Of a stretch of 64,000 bases of DNA, positions 1-16,129 are shown one piece after another. Positions within the stretch are counted from its first letter, which is position 1. Every line of letters starts with the position of its first letter. A program made the position numbers and the translations under genes. Source of the stretch: the human T2T-CHM13v2.0 reference genome, Homo sapiens. Location: the NCBI RefSeq assembly GCF_009914755.1, contig NC_060936.1, one strand, 5' to 3'. The notes below the pieces were generated by a model. The model was not told the DNA's origin and searched no databases. It saw only the letters and a list, made by a program, of their open reading frames with translations.

Positions 1-775
1 ACAACGCGGGTACAAGGTCTTCTGCCAGCTTGAGGTGGTTGAACATATAAGTATAAATATGACTTTTAGAAAGCAAAAGAAAACAATCCTAGGATTATGA
101 TTTTCTCATCCTAGCAAACCACATCGTACATGACACTCAAGAAAAATGTGAAACTATCCAAAATGTGGAAAGAGAATGTAAAGCCACTTGCACTGTAATA
201 CTGGAAGAAGGGAGCAAAGAGCTCTGTAATGGGGAAGAAAGGTATAACATTTTTATTTGTATCCTACAAGAGAACTAAACAGACCAGAAATGACTTCTCT
301 TATGATGACCCTGATAAGGTCAAGCCAATTTTCTTTTTCAGTCAAGACGGGAAACAACAAAAAAAGTCTCTAAAGCTCCTGGCAAGAGAGGTAGCCTTAG
401 TGAGCATCCTGGCCAGATCACCAGATCAAACGGCTGGTGTGCAAGGGGGGAGTTGAATGTGGGCGTCAATGCTGCTGGGGAAATGTTTTCTGAATTCCAA
501 GAGTTTAAGTCAGAGAAGACACAGCCACATCAAATATGCAAAACCATTTCTCCTGGAAACCTGCAGCCTTTGGCATCTGAAACTGGGCAGGAGTCCATTG
601 AAGACAACCTGGCAGATACACTGCTCTAACGCATCAGGGGAACAAAAGCTGAGTAGAGCTCAGGGTGGTAAAGGTTTATAAAATCATCATCCTCTTTAAA
701 AGGAAGGTTGTGTCAAATGTGCCTCTTTACTATTTCAACCAAAAACTAAAAGAGTCCCAGATAAACCAAAAACCT

Positions 776-1072
776 TTTTTTTTTTTTTTTTTTTTTTTTT
801 GGGACTGGGTCTTGCTCCATCGCCCAGGCTGGAGTGCAGTGGCACAAGCTCATTGAGGTCTTGACCTCCTGGGCTCAAGCCAAATCCTCAGCCTCTGGAA
901 TAACTGGGACCACAGGTACGTACTACCACACCTGGCTAATTTTTTTAATGTTTTGTAGAGACAGGGTCTCACTAGATTGTCCATACTGCTCTTGAACTCC
1001 CAGGCTCAAGTGATCCTCCCACCTTGGCCTCCCAAAGTGTTGGGATTACAGGGTGAACCACCACTCCTGGCC
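776..1072 (-). mobile_element. Alu (old, J-like)
   Basis: Poly-T followed by a reverse-complement Alu dimer ending ...CCTGGCC. Confidence 0.95.
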
Positions 1073-1129
1073 CAAAAACATTTTTAAAGACTGATTTAAT
1101 GAAAATTCTGTGGTTAGTATAGCCAATAA

Positions 1130-1322
1130 AAAGACTGACTTGGCTTTGACTTCCAGCTCTACTACCAAAACCCACGAGAGTGTGACAACCTCACCAAGCC
1201 TTAAGTTCTTCATCCATAAAATGGGGATAAAAGTTACACCTACCACATATGATTGTTATGAAAAGAAAGAGGTAGCAAGTAGCATATTTAGCACAGTCCT
1301 GGCATACAATAAATGCTCAAGA
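1130..1322 (+). mobile_element. MIR remnant
   Basis: MIR core-like TTCTTCATCCATAAAATGGGGATAA ... TTAGCACAGTCCTGGCATACAATAAATGCTCAA. Confidence 0.7.
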
Positions 1323-1544
1323 AACACTTCATAAATCGGAGACATTCTGAACAACTGTGTTTATAGTCTGTCGAACTTTTAGATGACAACAAATGTGTTT
1401 CAAAATATTGGATGTAATCATAAATTTGAATTCAGTCTATTTTGAACCATATTTTGATTAGTTTGGTTTAAACCACAATTTTCAATTATCTTTAACAGCT
1501 TTCCTTCATTATTCCAACTAAAAAAAAAAAATCACATAGACAGT

Positions 1545-1731
1545 TTTGGTTTGTTTGTTTTTGTTTGTTTGAGACGGAGTCTCGCTGTGTTGCCCAGGCT
1601 GGAGTGCAGTGGCACCATCTCGGCTCACTCCGCCTCCTGGGTTCAAGTGATTCTCCTGACTCTGCCTCCCAATTAGCTGGGATTACAGGCACCCACGACC
1701 ACACATAGCAAATTTTTTATTTTTAGTAGAG
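1545..1731 (-). mobile_element. Alu right arm with (TTTG)n tail
   Basis: GAGACGGAGTCTCGCT...TTTTTAGTAGAGA. Confidence 0.92.
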
Positions 1732-2438
1732 ATTAATATAAAAAAGGGGCTTATAAAAATTCTCTTCCTTTTATTTGGAAGACGTAAGTATCAATTCTTT
1801 AATTGTGAGACCAGAACAGCAAGCGTTTTAAAAGTCCACATAAACACAGTGTTACACAAATGTTTGGTACGACCTTATATGTGATGATGTAGTGCTAATT
1901 ATTCTGTTGTTTGAAATGGCCAGTGGTCACTGAGTCTCAGAGGATATATTTGTTGACTAGCATGAGAAAAAAGCCTGTCCCTTAGGAAGCCTGCTAGCAT
2001 TTAGAATATGAATTTTCTAAAAATCAGAAGTAGTACAGAGAGGTAGAAATTATATCATAGCTGAACTTCCTAAATCAAGCTAACCTACCGCCCCATTATA
2101 GGACCTTTGGTTTCTCTATTTTAGGACCAGTGGGGCCCCAAATACAGTTTTGACTCTGGTTCTTCCACTCATAGGGTAGGAAAACCACCCACTTTTCCAT
2201 CCCCGAGCCAGGCTCTCCCTACTTGCCCACCAGGGAACGCTGACCATGGCCTCAGCTTGAAGATTAAAGATGCATGTTTCACTATTTCAGTAGGTGTGCA
2301 ATACACCCCAGCTATGCTGCTTCATTGTTGCACTTCAGTTATATGGGCAGGAAATGAGGTATTAATTCCACAGTACACACAAGGATAGAAAGACTTGGGC
2401 TTCATAGAATTTCTTGTAGCTGTATTGCTCTGGTATCA

Positions 2439-2801
<363 letters not shown>

Positions 2802-2870
2802 CTAGTCCAAGTACAAATAATTGTCACACAGTTACACCAACCTAGAATACTTGACAATCTCGATTCTTTA

Positions 2871-3122
<252 letters not shown>

Positions 3123-4904
3123 TCAGTAGCTGACCTTTTCTTCCTCATAAAGAGGCTTGCCTAAAGCATATAAAAGTTTCTTTTCCTCACAAAGTAACCC
3201 CTTACTTATCAAATGCTAGCATGCCTTTTAAGTGGTCTCCTCAGCCTCCTGGCTCCTGGCTCTAATTTTACTCCCCTGAGCCTAGGCACCAGGCCAGGGT
3301 TAGGGCAAAAATGTTAATGCCTCTGCCAAACAGCTACATTGCAATTCAACTGTGAAAAACAAACAAACAAACAAAGACTAAGAGGACTGCTGAGAATGCA
3401 ATTATTGATTTAAGTATTCATTTACTGGCATAACGCAATGCTGTTCACAGACCTAAGGGCACCAATACCAGGCACTGAGATGATGATAAAAAGTGAGATT
3501 TTTCTAATGAAGAAACTCAGTTTTAGTGAGTATCCTCAGAAAGTGCCATCTCATGGCAATGTGTACAATTCTACTACTTTCTTGCTTAGAATAGTCAGAT
3601 ATCTTTGAGTACTGAAGCATATGTTAGTCTAAGTACAAATAATTGTCACACAGTTACACCAACCTGAACAATGACGGCAATCTTGTCTGGCAGAGAGGAG
3701 ATATACATATATGTAAGAAAGAAGAAGGCAAAAATAGCTAGGTGGTATCATGCCTCAACAGTGCTCCCAGTTCTCATGATTTCCATTTGTCTCAATGACT
3801 GAGATATCTAAAGCAATGGAAAAGAAGCTAAACCCTTACTAGTCATTTCTGCATGCCCAAAAGAATTTTCCATCTCATGTTACTAATATCTGAGTAACTG
3901 CTCATTTTGTTTGTTTTAATTCAGTCAAGGGCAACAACAGCAAGGTAAATGCACTTAACACCTGTTAACATCTGCAGTAAAATGGCTTTCAAGGAAACAG
4001 ACAAGATCTCCATTTCTAAAACAATGACCTATAAAAATGTAAAGCAGGTCTGCAGCATGCTCAATCAGCTATGAAAAGCAAACACCAGCTTTACCACCCA
4101 GTGAAGGGCTATCTAACAGGTCTAGGGACTACCTCAACAGCTCCACTGTTATTAATTCATTTATTTCAACTACAAAAAGTTCTAAGGGAAATTGAGCCTA
4201 CAAGAAAAAAAAGGGAACTATAAGGTTCCCACTTACAAAAATGAAATAATAAAGCTACCCACAGTCTAGGTATGCTGAGCTCATAAGGCAGGAGGAAGGT
4301 TTTTGGAGTTCAGTGTGGAGTCTCCCTATAACTGTTATCACCCCTGAGCTTTAGTCAGGCCTCATATCTTCAAGCCCAGAGCCCTAGCACTGAACCCCAG
4401 GAACAAGAACCCTCTGGAGAGTCTCTGAGGCCCTCAAAAGTTTGCATCCACAAAGCACCATTCTCCTTCCAAGTCCATGGTGTGTGGTACTAAGTATACA
4501 CATGCTCATCTAGGGTTATCCAACAAATTTCAGCATTAGATGTGGCCAACTGGTTGCCCATCCCTGACATAAGTACAGATAAATCTAAAATCACCAATCA
4601 GGTAGCACTGCTAGGTGAAGATGAAACACCAGTGTATCTTCTTTTTTTCACAAGAGCGCCCTGATTGGAGCATTTTCCCCAATACCCCAGCCCAACCTCT
4701 GCTTCAGTCAAAAGTATGCAACATGGCGTGTTATCACTGCACAACTGGCAAGCTGCACACAGTCCAGTCTCAAGACCTAAAAATACCAAATTATCTGTCC
4801 TTGGCTTATAACATACACACACAAATTAGAAAAATTAAACAGATACAACACATTGCCCGTCCTCTAAATCTCTGAAGGATAAATGTTTCCACTTACAGGA
4901 TTTA

Positions 4905-5084
<180 letters not shown>

Positions 5085-5324
5085 TTAAAAATAAATTTTT
5101 ATAACCTTATTATATATTCTTCTATCCCAATTAAGCGAGCCATTTTCCTAGAATAACAGAAGTTTGAACTATGCACATACAATACTCATACATGGAAACA
5201 GCAACAGGGATGCTAAATGAGATCCAACTCACAAAATTTCACTGATTTGACAACATAATGCGCGCATACATCAGCGTGATTTCATGACAATGATGAGAAA
5301 GCCCTTCTCCTTTGTTACTGTTTT

Positions 5325-5628
<304 letters not shown>

Positions 5629-5973
5629 CCTATTTTATTTTTTTAAAGTACTTCTTTAATTATAAAATATGTGTGCTTTTAAAAAGTTGAAAGATATAAA
5701 AAAGAACATAAAAATCATTCCATATTCCAAAATCCTACAGCCCAGTGGGTGACAGAAGCTATTATCATTTTGATCTATTTCCTTCCGACACATGTACACA
5801 GAGATTGAGATGATAGAATGTATGTTGTATTTTTCCCCACTTAAGCTAATTATGAACATTTTCCCAAGCATGACTATTTTGATTTAGACAACTGATCATA
5901 TTATTTATGAAATATGAACTTATTTTCCAAATCCAAAACACTAGATTCTTCATTCTTTTTAAAAAATATAGTC

Positions 5974-7658
5974 CCCTCCCTCTCCCCTTCCCCCTCCCCC
6001 TCCCCCTCTCCCTCTCCCCACGGTCTCCCTCTCCCTCTCTTTCCACGCTCTCCCTCTGATGCCGAGCCGAAGCTGGACGCTGCCATCTCGACTCACTGCA
6101 ACCTCCCTGCCTGATTCTCCTGCCTCAGCCTGCTGAGTGCCTGCGATTGCAAGCGCGCACCGCCACGCCTGACTGGTTTTCGTATTTTTTTGGTGGAGAC
6201 GGGGTTTCGCTGTGTTGGCCGGGCTGGTCTCCAGCTCCTGACCACGAGTAATCCGCCAGCCTCGGCCTCCCGAGGTGCCGGGATTGCAAACGGAGTCTCG
6301 TTCACTCAGTGCTCAATGTTGCCCGGGCTGGAGTGCAGTGGTGTGATCTCGGCTAGCTACAACCTCCACCTCCCAGCCGCCTGCCTTGGCCTCCCAAAGT
6401 GCCCAGATTGCAGCCTCTGCCCGGCCACCACCCTGTCTGGGAGGTGAGGGGCATCTCTGCCTGGCCGCCCATCGTCTGGGATGTGAGGAGCCCCTCTGCC
6501 CGGCTGCCCAGTCTGGGAAGTGAGGAGCGCCTCTTCCCGGCCGCCATCCCGTCTAGGAAGTGAGGAGCGTCTCTGCCCGGCCGCCCATCGTCTGAGATGT
6601 GGGGAGCGCCTCTGCTCCGCCGCCCCGTCTGGGATGTGAGGAGCGCCTCTGCCCGGCCGGGACCCCGTCTGGGAGGTTAGGAGCGTCTCTGCCTGGCCGA
6701 CCCGTCTGAGAAGTGAGGAGCCCCTCTGCCCGGCAGCCGCCCCATCTGAGAAGTGAGGAGCCCCTCCGCCCGGCAGCCGCCCCGTCTGAGAAGTGAGGAG
6801 CCCCTCCACCCGGCAGCCGCCCCGTCTGAGAAGTGAGGAGCCCCTCCGCCCGGCAGCCACCCCGTCTGGGAAGTGAGGAGCGTCTCTGCCCGGCAGCCAC
6901 CCCGTCCGGGAGGGAGGTGGGGGCTCAGCCCCCACCCGGCCAGCCGCCCCGTCCAGGAGGGAGGTGGGGGGGCAGCCCCCGCCCGGCCAGCAGCCCCATC
7001 CGGGAGGGAGGTGGGGGGTCAGCCTCCACCCGGCCACCACCCCATCCGGGAGGTGGGGGGCGCCTCTGCCCTGCCGCCCCTTCTGGGAATTGAGGAGCCC
7101 CTCTGCCCGGCCACCATCCTGTCTGGGAGGTGTACCCAACAGCTCATTGAGAACGGGCCATGATGACGATGGCGGTTTTGTGGAATAGAAAAGGGGAAAA
7201 GGTGGGGAAAGGATAGAGAAATCAGATTGTTGCTGTGTCTGTGTAGAAGGAAGTAGACATGGGAGACTTCATTTTGCTGTGTACTAAGAAAAATTCTTCT
7301 GCCTTGGGATGTTGTTGATCTATGACCTTACCCCCAACCCTGTGCTCTCTGAAACATGTGCTGTGTCCACTCAGGGTTAAATGGATTAAGGGCGGTGCAA
7401 GATGTGCTTTGTTGAACAGATGCTTGAAGGCAGCATGCTCGTTAAGAGTCATCACCGCTCCCTAATCTCAAGTACCCAGGGACACAAACACTGCGGAAGG
7501 CCGCAGGGTCCTCTCCCTAGGAAAACCAGAGACCTTTGTTCACTTGTTTAACTGCTGACCTTCCCTCCACTATTGTCCTATGACCCTGCCAAATCCCCCT
7601 CTGCAAGAAACACCCAAAAATGACCAATAAAATTAAAATTAAAAAAAATTAAAAAAAT
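5974..7658 (+). mobile_element. SVA retrotransposon (hexamer, Alu-like, VNTR, SINE-R, poly-A), antisense to CORO1C
   Basis: (CCCTCT/CCCTCC)n head; antisense Alu-like part; ~40-bp GC-rich VNTR units (GAAGTGAGGAGCCCCTCTGCCCGGC); SINE-R; AATAAA at 7626; TSD AAAAAATA(TA)TAGTC at 5961-5973 and 7659-7673. Confidence 0.98.
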
Positions 7659-7817
7659 AAAAAATATATAGTCAACAGCCTCTTCAGGAGTATCAAAAGT
7701 ATGTCTTTGAAATACATTTACCAGTAAGTCTCCAACGAGGATAAGAACTTCACATCCAATCTAAGACAATCAGGCGTTTAGAAAACTACACTAAGAATCC
7801 CATAATCTACTTACTCA

Positions 7818-8087
<270 letters not shown>

Positions 8088-8743
8088 TCACCAACTGCCA
8101 TTCATGTTCACCTGGGTGTGGGAGGGAGGTCAGTGTTAACCATCCCCCTTCCCCAGATGAGGAAACAAAGAGATACTATGTGATCTGGTCAAGGTCCCTC
8201 TGTGAGGCTGCAAGAATGCCAGGATTTAACTCAGAAGACTCGCTCTCTCCACCATATCCTGCTGCCAACCCAAGTCTATGCACTGTGAAAATAAAACACA
8301 TGAAAGGACTCTGACAAATGTTTGTTTCTCAAGAGGATAATAACATAAGGAGATTAGGCATGCCCTACCATTTCTACCAATATCATAGGGCAGAAAGAAG
8401 CCTTGTCTAGTTAACGCTTTCCTTGACCTCAGTAGTTTAATGAATGCACTAGGACAACCCTTAGAAGATGTCGGGTGGAGAAAACACTTAACACAGGGCT
8501 GGGCAAGTCCCCAGGGCTCAGTAAGCACCAGCTACTATCATTGCCCAACTCTTGAAAAGAGATGCAGCCAAAGAACAACCACATCTCAGGAAGGGCCTCA
8601 GAGTGTGGCAAATGAGGACTTCTCAGACTTACTATGTGTAGTTTCAACACCGACTGAAGACCCAAATGTCCATCTTTTGTCAAGGTATGTGATTTTGTTG
8701 AGGTCCAGTTTGGGTGGCAGAAACTAAGACACTGAGCTGATGA

Positions 8744-8965
<222 letters not shown>

Positions 8966-9293
8966 TGAGGAATTGATTCATCAATATTCAATACTAAGCT
9001 GCAAAATCAGGAATGCAGCCAATTGGTTTAATTGATCAAGACTTATAAACTCTTAAGGACTCTAGTGAACTGATACAAACTATTTCTTTGTGAAAAAAGG
9101 CTACAAAGTGAGAGACTTGAGTAAAAGCTGGAAAATGTACAACTCTGGAGAGAAGCACAACTGGGGAGACAGAAGCCTTTATAAGCCTTCTCTTATTCAC
9201 AGTTGGTGTCTACACACAACAGGGTCCCACTGACCAGTACCGCTGCCTGCCTTAAAAAGCAGAAAGCTCACACTCACTCAAGTGCTCCAACTA

Positions 9294-9527
<234 letters not shown>

Positions 9528-9601
9528 TTAGAAGATTAGAAACACCTATGTAACACACTCAGAAAACTACAGATACAGTGAGAATACACATATGTATATG
9601 C

Positions 9602-9632
<31 letters not shown>

Positions 9633-10739
9633 AAAGATGCGGCTGATTGTCAGAGGCCCTACCAGAGGCCCTACTTACTAACAGCGTTAAAAACTGAAGT
9701 GACAAAGGAAAAAGTTTGTATAAAAGAAATAAAAGTGTTAAAGTAAAAACACAACTTGTTAAGTTTGGGTTCATATGAAACAATCAACCAAACAAAAACA
9801 AAGAACCACACCAAAACAGAACCCTATTTTCTTTAAAGAGTTAACTGGGCTGGTAGACCCAAGTGACTTCAAGTTTCCCTTTCTAGTAAAACAAGCATCA
9901 GGGTGTTGCTGCCAGCTTTGGGAGACCCCTATTAGGCAAATACGCTCCTTCCTTTTAAAGAAAACTTTGATTTTCCCCTGCTATACAATTAGTACATGTA
10001 TACTATAGAGAACATATATAAACAAAAGGAAAAAAAATCACTTTTAATCCCACCACTCAGAGAGAAGATCATTATTACTTTTTTGATGTTTCTTTCCGAA
10101 AGATATTTCTGTGCACATACATAAATTATTTTACATACAGAGATGGGTTCATACACTTTACACATGGGCTGCTTTCTGCACTTGGTGGTAGGCTGTGACC
10201 CTTTTCACGTGCCAAATAAACTAAAAGTAAAAGGTTTAAATGACTGTTTAGGGCACTCAACAAAAACTCTGGGTGGCAGGTTATTCAAATCAGTGAGACT
10301 CTAAGACACAGCTTTGGGATATTAAAGATGGTACAACAGTGGAAGGGAAAAGCCAAGAGTAAGGCCTGTTTGCTCACAACAGATCTGTACCTTTAAATGA
10401 AGAGAAAAATAGGCCAAGACTGCTCTGATCATGGTGAGAAGCCCAAACTGTAATCAAGTAGCTACATAGATTCAGAAACGGATTCTGAAAGAAGCCCACA
10501 ATGTCAACTCATTCACCATCTCAGCTCACCAACTCCTTCCTTCCTTCAAGGGTCTGCCCCACGCCTCCAGGCCCCTTTAAAAAGAGGCAGCATGTGTTGC
10601 TCCTAGGATGTTAGTTCAAGGATGAAGCAAAATACGGGAAGGACATCCTAGAGGTGGATTCTTGCCAATAAAGCAATTTGGAAATCATTTAGAAAAAATA
10701 GTCACTAACATCCAGGATACTTAAGTTACCTAAGGGTTA

Positions 10740-11147
<408 letters not shown>

Positions 11148-11609
11148 CTATAGGCAAACAGGTAACTTCAGCCCCGGCAGCTGGATCATATAGCCTAAAA
11201 ATATGCAGAACACGACAATCACCCATTCTCCTTCACATGTAAAAGGGAGAATGCAGACCAGTCTGTTGCTGCTGCCCTATATTGAGCCTTGATGAGAAAG
11301 GTAGCAGGGAATTTTCCATGAAGGAATTCCAGCTCTGGAATTTTTTTCCTCTCCTTAATCAGACTGAGGTTCTGAGAGAACATCAAAAATGATTCCCAAG
11401 TATAGTCGATGGTGATTATAAAAAACATGGCATCTTTTTTGAAAAGTGGGCCTTAGTTTCAATAGTTACTTGGCATTATAATTTTTTATTTAACTCACTA
11501 TGAGTCATAAACATTGTGTATTCCCAGTTAAAAACTGAACTGCCCCTCCTCCTTTTTACTGGTGAGGGGAAAGACCTTTAAAAATCCTATCTCTAACATT
11601 AGTATCACT

Positions 11610-11770
11610 TTTTAAATAAACCACTTTTATTAAGGTATAACTTACATACAATACAATGCACCCATTTTAAGTATATATTTGCTAAGTTTCAACAAATGTA
11701 TAAACTCATGTAGCCACTACTATGATCAAGATACAGAATATTTCCATCACCCCACAAAGTTCCCTCATGC
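11610..11770 (-). mobile_element. Old L1 (L1M) 3'-end fragment
   Basis: TTTTATTAAGGTATAACTTACATACAAT...GATACAGAATATTTCCATCACCCCACAAAGTTCCCTCATGC resembles the reverse of an L1M 3' terminus. Confidence 0.7.
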
Positions 11771-12600
11771 TCTCTGTATTGCTTTCATAAAAGAAAATGA
11801 AATCTCCAATTTTAGATAAAGGAAAAGATTTCTGTACAACACCAGTGTCCAGAAATAGGGGACTTATCAAGTAAAATGAGGTATATCCAGAAAATGGATT
11901 AGTATGAAGTCATTAAAAATAGGAAGAGAGCTTAATGGCACGTGAAAAGGGTCACAGCCTACCACCAAGTGCAGAAAGCAGCCCATGTGTAAAGTGTATG
12001 AACCCATCTCTGTATGTAAAATAATTTATGTATGTGCACAGAAATATCTTTCGGAAAGAAACATCAAAAAAGTAATAATGATCTTCTCTCTGAGTGGTGG
12101 GATTAAAAGTGATTTTTTTTTCCTTTTGTTTATATATGTTCTCTACAGTATACATGTACTAATTGTATAGCAGGGGAAAATCAAAGTTTTCTTTAAAAGG
12201 AAGGAGTGTATTTGCCTAATAGGGGTCTCCCAAAGCTGGCAGCAACACCACAGAGGGAACACAGGGCTTCTGGCTCCCAACAAAGTACACCTTCTACCAT
12301 ATCAGAAATAACCAAAACTATGGTTCATGGAGGGCCCTGGCAGGAACCATGAAACCTGCTGAAATTATAGCAGGAAATTCATAGCTTTCCTCAGGTTGTC
12401 GAAATGGCCTTGAAACACACACACGTGCACACACACACAAGTATGTATGTGGGCTGGGGGAGCAGTGCACCCCAATACTCTTCACCATGGTTTCCTAATA
12501 ATCTGCTTTAAAACCATATAGCACACAACCAAAACACATTTGCTTCCCCCCACTCAGAGAGCCACAAGAGTGGAAGACAAGGGGAGGACCGCTGAGCTCA

Positions 12601-12774
<174 letters not shown>

Positions 12775-12898
12775 CTATTGCCTTTCATTATCACATTTAC
12801 AGTGACCATCCACTATAAAGATTTGCTCTATGTAAACAGAACATAGAGTGATATCTGGATGAAAGGCAGAATGTTGTGAAATGACCGTGTTAGGCGGT

Positions 12899-13050
12899 TT
12901 TTTTTTTGTTTGTTTTTTTGTTTTTTGTTTTTCGTTTTTGAGACGGAGTCTCACACTGTTACCCAAACTGGAGTGCAGTGGCGCGATCTCGGCTCACTGC
13001 AACCTCCATCTCCCAGGTTGAAGCAATTCTCCTGCCTCAGACTCCCAAGT
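12899..13050 (-). mobile_element. Alu right-arm fragment
   Basis: Poly-T/(GTTTT) tail then GAGACGGAGTCTCAC...CTCCCAAGTA. Confidence 0.9.
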
Positions 13051-13384
13051 ATCGGCTGTTTTTAAAATGTAATATGTTATCGGAGATCAGGATACCAACA
13101 AGGACTACAAAACATTTCCTCTCAGCTTTTATTTAATATTATTTGGGATTTTATTCTAAATTCCTTGTTAAGTTCAAAACCCTCCAGTTAGAAGCATGCA
13201 AAAAATTGAAAGAAAACTACAAAATGATTGAAACACTCAAGAAAAGGAATGGGAATGAAGACACTTAGCTAAGTCTGTGGTTCTTGATGGGATGACATAG
13301 TTTTTAAAACATATTTTCTATAATTTTACACTTGGAAAACAAAAATACACTTAATATTTTTATAACATGTATTATAGAAAATAT

Positions 13385-14440
13385 TACAAAAGAAAAAAAT
13401 GAATTAGACCTCATCAAAATTAAAAGCTTTTGTGCTTCAAAGGACACTATGAAGAAAGTGAAAAAACAACCTGCAGAATGGGAGAAAATAACTTACAAAT
13501 CATACATTTGATAAGAGACCCATAGCCTGAATATAGAAAGAACTCTTAGAATTCAACCAAAGGACAAATAACCCAATTGAAAAATAGGCCAGTCATCTAA
13601 ATAGACATTTCAAGGAAGACATATAAATGGCGAAAAAGCACATGAAAAGATGTTTGGCATTATTAGTAATTACAGAAATGCAAATCAAAACCACAAGCTC
13701 TCTCTTCATGCCCATTAGGATGGCTAGAATCAAAAAGACAGATAACAAGTGTTCACAAGCATGTGAAAAAATCAGAGCCTGCACACATGGCTGGTGAAAA
13801 TGTAAAATGGTATAGCCACCATTTGGTGGCAGACTTTGGAAAACAGCCTGGCAGTTCCTTAAATGATTAAACAGAGTTATCATATGATCCGGTAATTCCA
13901 CTCCTAGGGATATACCCAAGAGGATGGAAACTATGTGTCTATGCAAAAACTTGTACAAGAATGTTCATAGAAGCATTATTTGTAATAGCCCAAAGGTGGA
14001 AACAACCCAAATATCCATCTATCGATAAATGGCTGAACAAAATGCGACATATTCATACACTGGAATATTATTTGGCCATAAAAAAGAATGAAGTACTGAT
14101 ACATGCTACAACATGAGCAAACTCTAAAAACATTATGCAAAGTGAAAGAAGCCAGACATAGAAGACCGCATATTGCAGGATTCCATGTATGTGAAATGTC
14201 CAGAATAGGCAAATCCGTAAAGACAGAAAGTAGAATAGTGGTTGCTTAGTGTTGGGGAGAGTGGAGGGAGGCAGGTGGAGGGGTGATAGCTAAAGGATTT
14301 GGGTTTCTATATGAGGTGATGAAAATTTTCTATAATTGTCTGTGGTGATGGTTGTGAATATTCTAAAACTCAGTGAATTGTACATTTTAAATGAGTGAAT
14401 TCTATGTGAATTATATCTCAATAAAACTTGTTATTTAAGA
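13385..14440 (+). mobile_element. L1MB-like 3' portion (ORF2 end and 3'UTR)
   Basis: CATCAAAATTAAAAGCTTTTGTGCTTCAAAGGACAC ... TGTGAATTATATCTCAATAAA. Confidence 0.9.
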
Positions 14441-16129
14441 AAATCCTCTTGACTAGTGAAGACATGCAGAAGACTCACCACATCTTAATTGGGGACATGC
14501 CTGGGCACAGGGGGAGAAAGGGACAGGGAAAGTATGAGTGGAAGGAATGAAAGACTTTATGTTTAACAATGAACAACAAAGGTTTCAAAAGGTTAAGAAA
14601 CAAACAACCTCTCAGAAAAGGGCTGAGTTACAGGTAAGCTGAGTAGCATCAAGAACCCTACCGAAGACCAGATATTAAATAATATTTAAGTTTATGAAAA
14701 AGCTAAAGTTTAAAATCATTATCTTCTACATGAAGATTAAAACAAGTAAATTTACCATCAGAAAATGATTTTGAGGAACTAGCTCATGAAAAATTTAAGA
14801 ACTTGTCAATGAAAAATCATGTTCAACACTAGAACACGTGAGAAAAAGAATTTTCCTTTGTGGGAACTTTAAAGAAGGAGACAAACAATTGTCTGTTTTC
14901 AATTGCTTAGTGGAAGGCAGAGATCTAGACTGGATGAGTGTTTAGGGTTCAGCTCAGTTCTACTGTCCTGCAAAAAATGAGAACAAAAAGTTTGCCATTC
15001 TGAAGAGTGGGAAAAAGTCATGAGTTGAGTGATTTGTTCATTTTTACAGCTAAATTCTGCCCAGGCTAAATATAACCCCTTATGCAAATCATAACAAAAA
15101 TAAACCTGCATTTTGAGGGCCCAAGCTTAGAACATCACCTAATTTCCCCAGAGCCAAATTTTAAGCAAGGCAGGTGTGAACAAGCATAGAAGGAAAAGGA
15201 AGACCTACCCTGCCCTCTCCCTCCCTCTGCGGAAGAGACCTTGACCCAGGCCTCTTTCCCCTGCGGAGAACATGGGCATCTGCTCTCCTCCATTACTGCA
15301 TGTTAGCTTTCATCCTGACATGCACTATTTTTATTCAAGAATTTATGATTAGTGAAACAACTCCACATTGAACTTGACTATCTGAATATAAAGCAGGACT
15401 GACATTTTGAACAGAACAAACAGAAAACAGTGACTACTAATTTGATCAAAGCATGAAGTCGACAGAAAAACAATTATGAAATGGGACTTCAGTGACTCAA
15501 CAGGAAAAGCATTTTGCAAGATGCACTGTGACCCCACTTAGAACTGACAGAGTGGTAATACCACCTTCAATCTCCAGATGGCACCCCAACCATGGCCTGC
15601 TGGGTTTCCTTGCAAGGACTGAAAACGCCTCTGTGTCTCACTCTGAGCACAGCTAGTGCATTTTCCAAATCACTAATGAGACGTGGAGTGATGGGAGACT
15701 TTGTTTATAATCAGCATTTCCAACCTTAAAATATGAGGGCAGAAGCAGAGCTCATAATGGGGACTTAACCTTTTCCTTTCTCTAGCTTCTCCCCATCATC
15801 TTTTCCTGGATTAAAAGAAAATTTTAATGATGAAGCAACATTTATTAATTTTTAAAATAAGGAAACTCTGTGTGTTCCTTCTTTACCTCACCTCCAGCTG
15901 GTTTAACGGTTCCCTCAGCTGGGTTTATTCACATAAGACAAGCACCTAAGCCATTTTACTACCTTGGTTAACTCTTTCTTGTAACACATTTATTGAGTTA
16001 CAATAAATTGTATTGTAACCCATCTAGTACTGGGTAACTAAATACAGGCCCTGCTCTTGAGAAGTTGATGGTCTAACAGAAAGCAGAGACTTCTATCAGA
16101 CTGAAAATCAAAGACAACAAATCCAAGTG

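Noticed and set aside
3480-3615. ATGATGA ... CTGA suggests a C/D-box snoRNA in the duplicated unit
   Set aside because: It is on the strand opposite the host transcript, lacks a terminal stem and a recognisable guide, and copy A is disrupted by insertions.
6420-7130. Regularly spaced ~40-bp repeats (CRISPR-like periodicity)
   Set aside because: Tandem SVA VNTR units without unique spacers.
6357-7139. 260-aa ORF and overlapping ORFs
   Set aside because: Products of the GC-rich SVA VNTR, which is poor in stop codons; repetitive translation, not a gene.
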